Shown here: positions 32,277 through 45,191 of the stretch, piece after piece | Layout: each line of letters starts with the position of its first letter | Position numbering within the stretch: the stretch's first letter is position 1 | Assembly: GCA_964035575.1 (NCBI GenBank) | Contig: OZ037837.1 | Coordinates: 1,922,001-1,986,000 of the forward strand | Origin: Rhynchopus sp. YZ270_cl-10 | Taxonomy: Eukaryota | Length of the DNA: 64,000 nt | Direction of reading: 5' to 3' | Position numbers and translations under genes: made by a program | Notes under the pieces: model-generated | Told to the model about the DNA's origin: nothing | Database searches by the model: none | What the model saw: the letters and a program-made list of their open reading frames with translations, nothing else

Positions 32277-33678
32277 CAGTGTGACACAGAATTAATGGCC
32301 GATGACGACATTTTGTAAAAATTGTTATATTATTCTAAAAAATAGGCAAAATTTGACTCATTTCATTGCATTTTCAACTGGCCGTGTATGAAAAGTGTGT
32401 GTGTGGGGAAAATATTAACATGGAAATATCCCTTTTTGGTAAAAAAGGGTGTATGTGTAAAAAAAAAAAATACAGTGTAGCAGTACAAACGAGTGGGTGC
32501 ACAAAAATAAATAGAGCATGCATTAGTATTTTGTGTGCATTCCGTTGGAATTGCGAACTGCGTCTAGGCGTCGTGGCATTGACATGATGTAACGTGCAAC
32601 GAAGCTATTGTCCATCTTGGACCATTCCTTGTTGATGGCACGTTTAAGTGCTGACACGTCTTTGGGCTCCCGTTCGTTGACTGCAGTCTGCAGCTTGGCC
32701 CACAGGTTCTCAATAGGATTGAGATCAGGGGAGTTGCCTGGCCAGTCAGCTTTAGGGAGGAACGAGAAAGGTTGGGAGGAGAGGAATGCTTGAGTAACGT
32801 TCGCAGTGTGGCAGGGTGCCCCATCCTGCTGAAACGTGTAGCTACTGTCAGGCAGGAGTTCTTTTATTTCTTTGAGCGCTTTCTGTAAGACGAGCGTACG
32901 GTACTTCTCTGCATTGAGAGCACCGTCATAGAAATAGAGCTTCGTCTTACCTCTGGTGGTGATTCCTCCCCAGACGTGAACCTTCTGCGTAGCCCTGACC
33001 TTATCAACGGTTGGGGGCGGCTCATCACCATCTGCAACCCAGACAACATCGTTCTTCTTGCTCACCCGAGAAAAAAGCCAAAAGTCTTTTTCATCGGTGA
33101 ACATCACCTTTGACCAGTCGGTGTTTCGATGCGTTTCAGCAAACTCTATCCGGGCAGTGATGTTCTTTTCCGAGAGCTTTGGTTTGCTCTTCGTTTGAAC
33201 GGGCTTCAGCCCCTTCTCCTTCAGGCACCTGCGGACACTCTCCCTCGAAATCTGTAGTCGCGACGCTACTTTCCTGCAAGACTGAAACCGCTTGCCCCGC
33301 ATGTGTCTAACCACCCTATTCTTAACGGTGTCGGTGGTGGCCGATCTCTTGCGTCCCCTCCCTGGCTTGTCCGAAAAATTCCGCTCTCCAGCGCGGTACT
33401 CCTTCACCCACCTACCCAAACTCCTCTTCGCAACGTTCAGCAACTCCGCCACCTCATCATGGCTCTTACCGCCAACAACGACTAGCGACGCTGCCTGTAG
33501 GCGCAACCCTTCCCTCGTGGCCTCAGTTCACTTTACCCTTAACCATTATATTTTTGCTTTTATTGTGTTCCTGGGCGTAAATATTTTATGTTTTGGGGGT
33601 GTTTTGAATATGTCCTTGTCAAAATTTGCCGTTTTTTTATAAAATGTCTTCATCGGCCATTAATTCTGTGTCACACTG
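32277..33678 (-). mobile_element. Full-length Tc1/mariner (DD37E) DNA transposon, 1402 bp
   Basis: ~44-bp TIRs starting CAGTGTGACACAGAATTAATGGCCGATGA. TA TSD at 32275-32276 and 33679-33680. Contains a transposase ORF. Confidence 0.95.
32523..33546 (-). CDS. IS630-Tc1-mariner transposase (DD37E); probable 1-nt frameshift just after the ATG
   Basis: HTH/GRKR N-terminus; motifs VMFTDE, VWGGI, FQQDGAPCH and WPGNSPDLNPIENLW. 37 residues separate the second D from E. The nearest ATG (33546) is 40 nt upstream of the ORF-track start (33506), one base out of frame. Confidence 0.9.
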
Positions 33679-33689
33679 TACTTGGTGAG

Positions 33690-34300
33690 TAAAGATCTCG
33701 GTTGAGCCCTGGTGATGAGACAGAGTACCGTACGGGCTCGTCTTTCATGGGCTAGAGTTCTTGTGGTCCCTTGCACGGATGTGTCTTTGATGCTCGGGTG
33801 TTTTTTGTATCTGTTTGCACACTGTTTTTCTTAGGGAAATGACAAAAACACCCACGTTACTAAACCCCATTTACGATAATACCCACTGGGTGTTATCGTA
33901 AATGGGGTTAGTAACGTGGGTGTTATAGTCATTTCCCCGCTTTTCTTTCTTGTTACACGAACAATGAGTTTTATACTTGTGGTCCTGCTTGGGTAGAGAT
34001 CTCGGTTGAGCCCTGGTGATGAGATTGAGTACTGTATGGGCTCGTCTTTCATGGGGTTAGAGTTCTTGTGGTCTCTTGTGTGGATTGGGTATTTGATGCT
34101 CGGATGTGTTTCATGTTCTCTGTGTGCTGTTTGCACCCTTTTTTGTTGTCTTTTTTCGCTACGGAATGAAGTCAAATGAGTTTGCACCTGTGGTGCTTGT
34201 GTTAAGATCTTGCTTGATCTCGTGGATTGGAGAGAGCACTGATGGACTTTCCTGTTCTGGGAAATGAGCTTGTGGTCTCTTGTAGGACAAAGTGCGGGAT
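33690..34300. repeat. Degenerate direct repeats
   Basis: AGATCTCGGTTGAGCCCTGGTGATGAGA...GGGCTCGTCTTTCATGGG...AGAGTTCTTGTGGTC occurs at ~33693 and ~33998, with a weaker third copy near 34205. Confidence 0.6.
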
Positions 34301-35562
34301 GCTCTGGTGTCTTTCGTGTTTTCTTTTTTGGTGCTATGTGCACCCTTCGCTCTCCTGTTGCATGAAAGTTGGCGCGTCTTTTTCTTACACAGTGCTCTTG
34401 TGATCTCGTCGTGGATAGAGTACTGGATGCTTGTTACGCGTTTCATGTGTTTTCTTACGATATTTCTGCCACGCTCGACCGTGGCGTTCTTATGACGTCG
34501 AGTCGTTTCTCTGGTCCCTCCCTTGGGAGCATGAATACATGCTTCTTTTTGCTCTGTCGGCACATAGCCAATTGGCGTGTTGCTCTTCTTACGTTTCTCT
34601 TGTCTTTTGTCATATGTCAGAAGTATATGTGCAAACGTCTCAAATTCAAAAACCCTTGCTACCTGTGTGGTCATTATTTCCCGAGCTTCGAGTGCGAAAC
34701 GTTTCTCCATGTATTGCACGGGAAACAATATGACAAACAGGTGCAGGGTGGTTCCGTGCATATCATAGAACCTGGTACCTTGCGTGTCTGCCAAAATCCA
34801 AAAGCGTTATGTGTGAAGTTTTGAAGGAAAAATAAAATCAGGCGAAAAAAGTTAGGGTGCGGTGTAAAAATGCTGCTTTTTACACCACAGAGTCACTCAA
34901 CAAACCAACAAACCATTTTTTTGCAGAGCAATGAAAATGGCGCCGCAAGAAAAATAAATATTTAAGTTGCAGCCCTGGACGGTACCTACGGGCCCTCGGG
35001 GAAATATAGGTTCCCTCTCGACGGAGAGCCCCGAACAGTGATTGCCCACCTTGGACCACGTAATTACTGACCCGGGTACGTACTTGACACTCATAAAGGC
35101 TCCGTATAATTTACGGGTACTACCTATACGGACCCTGCCGTGTACGTGGAGGATCTTGAGAGCACTGCTCGTTAGTGTGTGTTGTTTTTTTTTGTCAATG
35201 AGATGATGCTATAGGTTATTCCTTCTTTTATTGAGTGAGCCAGTGCCTGCGTCCGCCGATGTACGGTGAGGTGTTCACGAACCTTTCTTTATTTTCCTTA
35301 AAATGTTCACTGTGCTACTGACGTTCAGTAGACGTCGGTTCACCTGTACCATATTTTCTTTACGCGAATTCCAAATTACTTTTCAGAATAATAAAACAAA
35401 AAACCAAAAAAAGACTTCTCCATCCCATTGCTTGCCGTCACTTCCTACCCCAGTGTTCACAGAGAGTAACGTTCCCACGTCACAACTCTCAACAGATATT
35501 CGTCCCTTTTCACCCTCCTCTCACGCCCACTACACAAGGGTCCCGTCGGGGGGGTGGAAACT

Positions 35563-37875
35563 ATGCGCGTCTTTGTGCTGCTTTCTGTTGTGTGCCTGTC
35601 GCATGGCGAGGACGCCATACCTCCTCTCCCGACCCTGCCGCCCACGCCAAGACCTGGCACAGCAGCACCAACAAATGTTCCAGTTTCTGCGTGTTTGGAG
35701 TCATCATCACCGCTGCATATTTCGTTCAGCAGACCATCGTCCATAACCCTAAAGTGCTGGACGTTCCAGTGTACGGGAAACGTGCACATCACCTTCCTGC
35801 ACAAGACAATGTACGAAAAAGTGTCTCTCATCAACAGCAACGGTTACGAGCTCATGTCACTGATGAACATGGTTGACAGCTACACTGACTCGTATCCTGC
35901 AAACGGCGACATGCTGATTGCGTACCAGACGGGCGCTACTTATGGCTCTGGTACGATTGAACTCACAGTTGACTGGGAGTGTGAGGAGGGCACACCTGTC
36001 CCGCCTGCAGTGGGGTACAGCTCAGCTGAGTACTTGACACTGCCGCCTGTTGGGACGTACAAGAGGTTATTTTCAGTAGAAGATACTCACAAATGGATAA
36101 TCCCTTGCACGGGTATGCTCGACATTGAAGAGCGTGTGGGTAATGTCTTTCCCGGCGCAACGCTCACATTCATCAGCAGCAACACAACTGTGTTTACACA
36201 AGAAGACGGGGGTACGGCCGAAGGCAAGTACGCAGTTGACGGGTACTTTTTTATTGAGTTGGAGAACAGGAACAACCAGGGTCGTGACAACTTCTTATTC
36301 TTATTGTAATGGTGTCAAACCACCACTCCCATCACTGGAGGATACGCCAGAACCTGGCACAGCAGCACCAACAAATGTTCCTGTTTCTGCGTGTTTGGAG
36401 TCATCATCACCGCTGCATATTTCGTTTAGCAGACCATCATCCATAACCCTCAAGTGCTGGACGTTTCAGTGTACGGGAAACGTGCACATCACCTTCCTGC
36501 ACAAGACAATGTACGAAAAAGTGTCTCTCATCAACAGCAACGGTTACGAGCTCATGTCACTGATGAACATGGTTGACAGCTACACTGACTCGTATCCTGC
36601 AAACGGCGACATGCTGATTGCGTACCAGACGGGCGCTACTTATGGCTCTGGTACGATTGAACTCACAGTTGACTGGGAGTGTGAGGAGGGCATACCTGTC
36701 CTGCCTGCAGTGGGGTACAGCTCAGCTGAGTACTTGACACTGCCGCCTGTTGGGACGTACAAGAGGTTATTTTCAGTAGAAGATACTCACAAATGGATAA
36801 TCCCTTGCACGGGTATGATCGACATTGAAGAGCGTGTGGGTAATGTCTTTACCGGCGCAACGCTCACATTCATCAGCAGCAACACAACTGTGTTTACACA
36901 ACATAGCGAGGGTACGGCCGAAGGCAACTACTCAGTTGACGGGTACTTTTTTATTGAGTTGGAGAACAGGAACAACCAGGGTCGTGACAACTTCTTATTC
37001 TTTTCTTGGAGTTGTAATGGTGTCAGACCACCAGTCCCATCACTGCAGGATACGCCAAGACCTGGCACACAAGCACCACCAACAGATATCCCAGTTCCTG
37101 CTGGTGACACTTTTGCACCACCGACACCTCCTGTGAACGCTATGTGCACAACTTACAACGACTGTCGCACTGGGCGGCTTGACCCGAAGGCGACGTGTGA
37201 TGCTGGGACGTGTGGATGCCACACACAGGGCTACGCACACCCCCCTGGTGTGCCTCTGTGTCTGCCTGCAGACGACGTGACAGTGCCGATGGGGTTTGCC
37301 GCTGAGTACGGGGCGGAGACACGTGGGTTGTGGGGTGCTGCCTCGACGCCTGCGAGTGAGCACTTTGAGGAAGCGATGCACGACGCGTTGGGGACGGTGA
37401 CAGACATGAATGGGACTCGGGGGACGGTGTCCTGGTGGTGGGCATGGTGCGTGCCAACACAGCAAAGCTGGCGGATGTGCTTTCTGGCAAGGTGAACCTT
37501 ACTCACGCTCTCGGCTCTGCAGGTGTCTCTGTGGGCCATGGTGTGACGTGCGCAAGCACATGGGGTGCGTCGTACACGGTGCAGTACAACGGAGTCTGCA
37601 ATGCTGTGGCCTGCGACGACAGCACCACCCTTGCACTGCAGAACGGGAAGTACATCTGCAAGAGCAAACCTGAGGACGGCTCGAGTGGCAGCAACGTGGG
37701 ACTCTACGTGGGCATCGGTGTCGGTGTGCTTGTTGGGATCGTTGCAGGTGTTGCTATGGCGTGTTACTACTATAGAACCAAACAGAGTCGCACCCCCACA
37801 GAACGCACAGCACTCATGACCACACCTCCAGAGAACCCATTGAAGTCCTGCCATTTCTTTGAACCGATGGAGTAG
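35563..37875 (+). pseudogene. Type I membrane protein gene (CUB-like domains, EGF-like module, TM) with an internal duplication and two frameshifts (copy 1)
   Basis: Signal peptide MRVFVLLSVVCLSHG. A 700-bp internal repeat (35653 versus 36353). An 8-nt deletion at ~36300 and a 4-nt deletion at ~37411 relative to paralogous sequence. TM LYVGIGVGVLVGIVAGVAMAC. Confidence 0.7.
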
Positions 37876-39819
37876 AGAGCAATGTAGTGAATAAAGTGCC
37901 AAGGTGACTACACGAGACCAAGGGTTCCACTAAAGGGGTTTTTGTTAGAATCGCCTTTACTCTAGTATTACTGTTTACCCTCTATCCCCTTGTGCTCCAC
38001 CTCCCAGGTTTTTTGGGGGTTTTCGGGTCTTAAAGACTCTTTTTGGGATTTGATTCATATTAATCTGAATCCCCCTTGTGCTCCACCTCTCCCCCGTACT
38101 TGAGGACGCGGGTTTTTCGGGACTTTTGGGGTTTGAAAAGAAATGAGGGGATCCGATCAGCAATCAATAAACAAGGAATAGCTACTCGTGCGAGAGTGCC
38201 CTGGGGGGTATTTCATTTTTAGTCAACACATAGTCTTGGACAAAATGCTCGAGACCAACACATCTTTCATCATTATCGTCACTTTACTCATTGACCGACA
38301 CTAATCAAGTGGAGAAGAAAGAGAAGTGTGAACGAACAACAAACAAACCTTTATTTTACCCTCTCCCCGTTTACAGTCATTTGAGCATCAAAGAGAAACA
38401 GTCTCTCGAGCATTTTTATTGATGGACCCTTGTTCTCCATTTCTGCCTTTGCTCGCAGTGCTTTTACATTCCCACCCCCTATTTTCAAATTAACGCACAC
38501 TGGTGGCCAAGGCCATCTTTCGGTAGTATATTATCTGAATCAACTTTTGCTCGTCAACGCAGCGTCGTGCACCTGCTTCTCAACGTGCCCATCTACAGCA
38601 CTCCCTACTAGGCTGGATTTGCTTTTGATGCCACGTCCTGTATGTGCTCTGTCGCTGTGCTTTTTCTTATTCCTGTGCAACGCCACTTAGCAGTCAAGTA
38701 ACCGTGCCCCACACATTGGGTGTTTTGTTTCTTTGCTTCTTTGCTTTGTAGCGGCACTGCTCAGACGCTACTCTCCCTACCCCTCTTGTGTGCGCTGTCT
38801 GTTGCAATGAAAAGCAACGCACGAACAGGTTGCCCACAACTATGATCTCTCTTCCTCCCATGCGAGTAGCATTTTTTTATATTTTTGTATTTTTGTGTTC
38901 TTTTCTTTCAACGAATTTCGTTCCAACTTTTCAACCTCTTCCCCAATTTACCTTTCACGCCTTTTTTACCCTCCCCCGTTTTAGAATCAACAGAGAGTGT
39001 ACGTTACTGGGGGGGGGGGGCTAATACAAGTACACGACGGACTAGTTATGGCCATGACAGGTGATATGACAGGTGGTGTTACTAGTTATAAATATGACAG
39101 GTGATAATTGAATATTACTAGTAATATGACAGGTGGTACCTGTAAAATGACAGGTGCACCTGTCATTTTGACAGGTGGTACCTGTCAAATGACAGGTACC
39201 ACCTGTCATATGACAGGTGTTTTTGCCGGTGGCTATTGCCTCCCAGGGAAAGGGACTCTCGAATTTTTTTTTTTGCCCCCTTTTAGGGCGAATTTCGACG
39301 ATTTGAGGCCATTAAAAGCAAAATTTGACACTTTTGAGCATCTATGGGGGTCTATAACGCGATTTTGCGCACCCGATTTTTCGTGGGATTTACGAAAGAC
39401 AAGTCAATTTTTGACCCCAAAAAAATTCACAAAATTGCCCTCGGTGGTCCTCACCCCCACACGTCCTCAATACTGGGCGAAAAAATGCAAAAAAATGCAA
39501 AAAAAAACGCAAAAATCGGGTGTTTGACCATCTGGGTGCACCAAATACACGGGAGTGCGGTACTAAGCCATAATCAGTCTTTCCGCGCTGAAGAATCCGA
39601 TGAAGAATTCTTCATTGGAAAAAAATAAAAATACAAATAAAAAAATTGAAGAGGTGGGGTGGGGCCCGAAGGGCCGCCCACCTCTTTCATCTTCCTCCCA
39701 GCCTCCTCGCCCGAGCCATCTGCCGACTATTTCCTTCCGTTGCAACCCGACCTCGGAGATGACAAGGAGTGGGGAGAAGCTCCTGGTGGATCCGGCGAAG
39801 CCGGGGACAAGCAGAGAGG

Positions 39820-39995
39820 AGATGAAGACGCAACTGAAGAAGGAGTACGGGATAATGCGAGTTTGTGCGACTCGCCTTCTGACCCCCTGTTTCGTCTTGC
39901 GAAGATGAGCGGGAATTTTCGTGATTGAAGTTGGTGAAGACACGTCTCCGCTCACAAGTTGTCGACGAACCCCTTGATGCACTCTTGCATGCCAA
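39820..39995 (+). pseudogene. hAT transposase C-terminal (dimerization domain) remnant
   Basis: Manual translation across a frameshift and stop gives KKEYGIMRVCATRLLT/PVSSCEDEREFS*LKLVKTRLRSQVVDEPLDALLH. This matches the hAT consensus P.SS...ER.FS.LK..KT.LRS.....L..L. Confidence 0.75.
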
Positions 39996-42247
39996 GAACC
40001 ATCCCGCGAGTACCTCAGTGAGGAGGTGTCCGCAGAGCTTCTGCATCTCTTTGAATATCATAAAGATCCACCCCACCCACCACCGTGCGAAAGCTCGGAC
40101 CCTTTTTAGGCCAGGAATTCTAGTTTCTCCGCCGGAGGCCCAGAACTTCCGGCGCGCTACGCGCGCCGGGCTCGGGACGTATTTACCTTTTATGCACAAA
40201 ATCACTATTCTTCATCAAAAATCCCGCTGCATTTTTTACAATGTACCCTAATTTTTTTTCGCCTGCGGCGCCGCACGTAGCGCGCCCGGGTTTGGGACCC
40301 CTTCTTGAATTTCGAGGGGGCGGTTCACGTTACAGTGGGTCCAGAATCGTAGTTCAATTTAACCCCGCTAAGTAACTCGACCAAAACGTGTATCAGCCAA
40401 GAACTTGTCCATTTTTTTCAAAATGACCCCGTTACAGTGAGGGTAAAAGTTTGCGGAGATGCTCGGAAAACCCGAAAAAGGCCAAAAATCCCCCCAAAAG
40501 GGAAAAACGAGAACATGTTTCGGCAGGGGGGCAGCGTGTTCTCAGAAAAATCCAAAAATCACCTGAAATCCTTATAAAAAACCTGGTGCCCGATCCAAAA
40601 AAATGGAAAAAGCCCGGGTGCCCGCCCACCCCTGCAAAAATCGACTTGTACAGCCATTGCTTTGGTGTGGGCTTGTTCACACCGGGCAGAGTGCGAGTTA
40701 TTCTCAGCAACACGGCCCCGCCCGGCCCCCCAGATTTTTCCCGTAAGAAAACTACCTGCGCGAACCAGGCATTTTTTGTCCTCCCTCAAGTGCTCCCTCG
40801 AACCTGGCGGGAGGGAGGGAAATAGCTATTTACTGACGCAGTGGTGGGTTTGTACGTCCAATGATGTTCTCGTACCTGGAGAGTGGACCGAGTGCGAGGT
40901 ATGTTTTTAACCCCCGGTTTTCACCACCCCCGCTCCCCCTTTTCGACATTGTCCCGCTCTGGATGTACGTCTCGTCTCCGGATGTAAATTGAAGCTATTT
41001 TTTCCCGCCCAAATTAGCGACTACCAAGATTTGTGCTCCTCTATCTATCTCTTGTTGGGTGTCCGCCCCGGTACAGCCGGTCATGTACCAAGGTACACTG
41101 TTCACGAGAGGGTTTTGTATTTCAAGTCATTGACTCAACTTCTTTTTTTTTGTTAGTAACGTCACTTTTGTCCTCAATTTCTCTTAACAGGTACCCGAAC
41201 CGACGACCCTTCATTGTGACAGCGAAGCAGTGCCGACGGACGAGCTGGTGCAAATATTTCAAAATCAGGTGGCGACCGAGACCACCCCAATTATTATGAA
41301 ACTCTTAGTCAGTCACTGCTATAGCCATTTAACCCAGGGAGCATAGCTAGTGCAAGAAATTCGACTTCGGGATCCGGAAAGTCTGTCCTCTGCTTGCGGA
41401 GGACTAGGCACAAGAAAATATTGCGTTCCCCCAGAAACCAATTTTTGTCACAGTAATTTTTGCCCAGGGCATGCTCTTGAAGCATGGCGGCTTGGTGTGA
41501 GAAGGGGCAGTGTGTTGTTTTGTTCTAGATTTCAACGGTTGTTAGAACGAGTCAAGTGGATGCTTATCTAAACACTGACTTTAGTACAGACCCGAGAGAT
41601 CACACATGACTTTGAGGAAAGAACAAAGCAATGCATCTGTACCCGCACGCCAGGTTGTAGTTACTTCAGAATTTTCTTAAGTTTGCGCGAAAGAGAGCGG
41701 GGGCAACTCCTTTGTATCATAAGCCCGCTGTGCAGAACAAAGCGAGGAACCTTAAAACACTACCTGCGTGGTGGCTGAATTCACATCCCTTAGAATTACC
41801 AGAATTCAGCCTTTGTTGAAGTAACGTACATACTTGTATGTGCGTGTCACGCTTCTCCATCCTTAAATGGGTGCACTGCTTCACTGCAGCGGGTAAGCCT
41901 CTCTCGACTAGTGCAAACTTAAGAATTTTCTGCTGGAACTTACCAAAATCGATTTTCTTTCACCCCAAACACCCGCAACACCCCACCTGCTACTTTGGTA
42001 GCCTGTGTTGTTGGGAGTTGGTTCTCATGTTGATCCCCAGTGTTTTGCACTGCTTCTTCTGAGCCCAACGCTGTTTGGCCTGTCGACGTAATAAATACGA
42101 AGACAGGGCGGCGGTGCCAACAATTTTCCGATGATGTAACGTTTATCTGATTGATTTATCGTTTGATATACCTTGTGTCCTACTTCATGCACACCCAAGA
42201 AAGGTTATTGAACGGTACTTTCAAGCGATACTTCGTTATGTCATTGG

Positions 42248-42383
42248 GGGTACCTGGGTACCTGGGTACCTGGGTACCTGGGTACCTGGGTACCTGGGTA
42301 CCTGGGTACCTGGGTACCTGGGTACCTGGGTACCTGGGTACCTGGGTACCTGGGTACCTGGGTACCTGGGCACCTGGGTACCT
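42248..42383. repeat. 8-bp tandem array (GGGTACCT) x ~17
   Basis: Read directly. It lies just inside the right end of the 39033-42500 element. Confidence 0.95.
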
Positions 42384-43353
42384 GGTGCCTGTATTTTGAC
42401 AGGTGGTACCTGTCAAAATGACAGGTACCACCTGTCAAAAAATTTCACCTGTCATTTTACTAGTAAGATCACCTGTCATGGTCATAACTAGTCCGTCGTG
42501 TACCCCCGGGTAATACAAGTACCCCTGCAAATACAAGTACCCCCCGGGGTTTTCGATTTAAATTAATTTATATTTTTAATACAAGTACCCCCCACTTTTG
42601 TGTACGTTTTTCTTAGCAGGTGGTGCCAAAAAAATTTTCCCAGCAATTTTTACCACAAAAATCGAGAATTTTTTTTTCTATTTCGGTGCCAGGCTTTGCG
42701 CTAATTGTTGGCCCTTGGCCCGGGATTTTTGGATATTTTTGTGGTGCGTTTTTTGCAAACCGGGGTTTCTTTACCACAACCAGAGAATCTCATATTTCAT
42801 AGTAAGGGTACTTTAGAGTGTTTTTGTACCCACATGTGACCCCACCGTGGAGAGCAATCAGCTCGCGCAATCAAAAGAAACCAGAGAAAAGAAAAAAAAC
42901 GAAAAAAGTTGGGTACCGTGCACCTGCGGCGATACCTGTTCCCAGTCAAAAACACCACAATTTCATCTGAAATTGGGTTTTCAGACTGAAAATGCCCCTT
43001 GTTTAGGAGTCTGGGTTCATATTTTGTGAAAATTTAAGTCACTAAAAATTTGTCCATTTTTCCGAATATGCCCCACCACAGCGCGGGATTGGCTCAGAAA
43101 TGCCACAAAACACTGTTTTTTCACCCCAGACGTTACCCGTCGCAACTATTTGAGGTGCGTTTTTTTGGGCCCGAAACATGATTTTTCAGATTTTTTCCAA
43201 AAGTTAGCGCGAAGCCTGCTTCACACCTTTTCTCTTTTCTCGATTTTTCGGATTTTTGCTAAGGCGTTGTCCCATACAAAAAAAATTATTTTCCCCCCAT
43301 ACAAAATGTACAGGGAAAAAGTTTTTAATACAAGTACCCCCATCACCTTTTTT

Positions 43354-43865
43354 CACGGGTCAGGAAAGATCTTTTGTCTTTTTTTGTCTTTTTTCGAGAA
43401 TCTCGGGAGAAAAAAAAAAAAAATCAAGATTTTCAGGATTTTTGTCTTTTTTTTTCAGGATCTCTCGAGATCTTTGAGATCTTTGAAAAATCCTGAAAAA
43501 AAAAGGAAAAAAAAGGAAAAAAAGAGAAAAAAAGATGAAAAAGATCTTGAAAATCTTTTTTTTCTCAAAAAAAAGATAAAAAAGATTTTTGGGATTTTGA
43601 AAAATCTTTTTGGGGGAAAAAAAAAAAAGATTTTGAAAATCTTTTTTTTTTTTTCAAAGATTTCTCAAGATCTCGAGATTTTTCATGAAATTTCATGGAT
43701 TTTTCCAGGATTTTTCAGGATTTTTTCAGGATTTTCCCAGGATTTTCAAATCTTTTCTCTTTTTTTTTTTCTCCCAAAAATCTTTTTTTTTTTTTTTTTT
43801 TTCGGGAGAAGAGGATTTTTTTTCTCGAAAAAAAAAAAAAAAAAAAAGATCTTTCCCGACCCGTG
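43354..43865. mobile_element. Nested AT-rich TIR element (512 bp) with CACGG...CCGTG termini
   Basis: TIR CACGGGTCRGGAAAGATCTTTT, inserted in a T run (T tract on both sides). The interior consists of A/T tracts and AGATCT/AGATTT motifs. Confidence 0.8.
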
Positions 43866-45191
43866 TTTTTTTATTTTTGAAAAACCCGGATCTATTAGTT
43901 TTACCCGCTCAATACAAGTACCTGGTCTTGTATTAGCTCCCCCCAGTAAGATTTCAACGAATTTATTTTAAAGTCATTTTAGTGCATTTATGTGTCCTTC
44001 CCCTACTGAGTAAACAGCGTGCTCAAAGTCGTCTTTGATTCATTGCTGTGAAGCACGCGTTCGGTTTTTGTTCTATTCCCCCCACCCGCTCTTCGTGCAT
44101 GCAGAAAGCGAAGGCACTCCCTTAGTTTTAACATTGCGTGCCCCAATTTGGTAACTCTCCCAACGTTCCAAATGCTGTCGAGAGGGTTCCGCGCTCTGTG
44201 TTTGTCAAGTTATATTATTTCTTTTGTGCATGGCAGGCGACACTTCAAGATAACCAACAACGTGAAATAAGCATTACAGACCCTGAACCAAGATGTAGGA
44301 AACCAAGCTTCCACTTAAGAGGGGGACTTGCATTTTACTTGCCATTACTTAACTGTATGAGAGAGAGCACATCTGAAGCATGTTAAAGTTACCCTACCCC
44401 CGTCCACCCCCTCCAAGGGAGAGAGATTCTTTTGAAAATAGGACAATAAAACAGAGGCAAGGCAGAGCTTCTCTGCCCAAGTAGTTGCACACTGACTGTC
44501 GACGTACTAACAACTTCGTTTCTATTTCCGTGTTCAGAACTAGAATAAGAGGCCAGATGGTTTTCAATTCTGTCAATATTTCTGATCCAATACGTTTTGA
44601 AACACAGCATGTATCTGACTCCGCACAGCAGTAAGCAACAGTGAGGCTTGGACTACGTATGGGCTGTGTATGTTGCAAGATTTTTCTCTTTTTTGTTTGT
44701 GTCCTGTCGAAAGCAGCTGGGAAGGTGAATGCATGTTTGCCCTCCTCGCGTTCTTTCTCCACCTTTAAATCCATACAGATGTATGTGCACGAGAGGCACA
44801 TTGTGAACCCCAGACCAGTCATCATCCCAAATAATGTTCTTTCCCCCAATTCTTTTCTTTATCTCTGGATTCGTATGTCTCAAATCAAGCGCATTTTGTG
44901 CTTTGTTTTGTAGGTTCAGTCAGAGACAGGAGGAGGCTGAGTGAGGAAAGCAGCAATTCCCACATTTATTTCAGAATAGTACTTCGACTCCCATACCGTC
45001 TTCGCAATTGCGACCCATGCACCCTTTGCGTGCAACACCTTCACGTGGTCGTTTTCACTCGCCACCACTTCCTCCACCCCAGTGTTCACAGAGAGTAACG
45101 TTCCCACGTCACAACCCTCAACAGAAATTCGTCTCTTTTCATCCTCCTCTCACGCCCACTACACAAGGGTCCCGTCGGGGGGGTGGAAACT

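Larger units (their letters stand above)
39033..42500. mobile_element. Nested TIR element (3468 bp) with CACG...CGTG termini
   Basis: TIR CACGACGGACTAGTTATGGCCATGACAGGTGA versus TCACCTGTCATGGTCATAACTAGTCCGTCGTG, with TA on both flanks and many subterminal TGACAGGTG motifs. Confidence 0.9.
39007..43946. mobile_element. Outer non-autonomous TIR element hosting nested insertions
   Basis: TIR CTG(G)nCTAATACAAG / CTTGTATTAGCTCCCCCCAG, with TA at 39005-39006 and 43947-43948. Subterminal AATACAAGTACC repeats. Confidence 0.85.

Noticed and set aside
34970..35145. Possible small element with TACGG/GGTAC motifs
   Set aside because: No clear TIR pair or TSD.
39230..40830. Possible hAT TIRs around the hAT remnant
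   Set aside because: Only weak inverted similarity and no 8-bp TSD.
43150..43971. 273-aa F/K-rich ORF
   Set aside because: Translation of A/T tracts in a nested TIR element; it has no protein-like composition.
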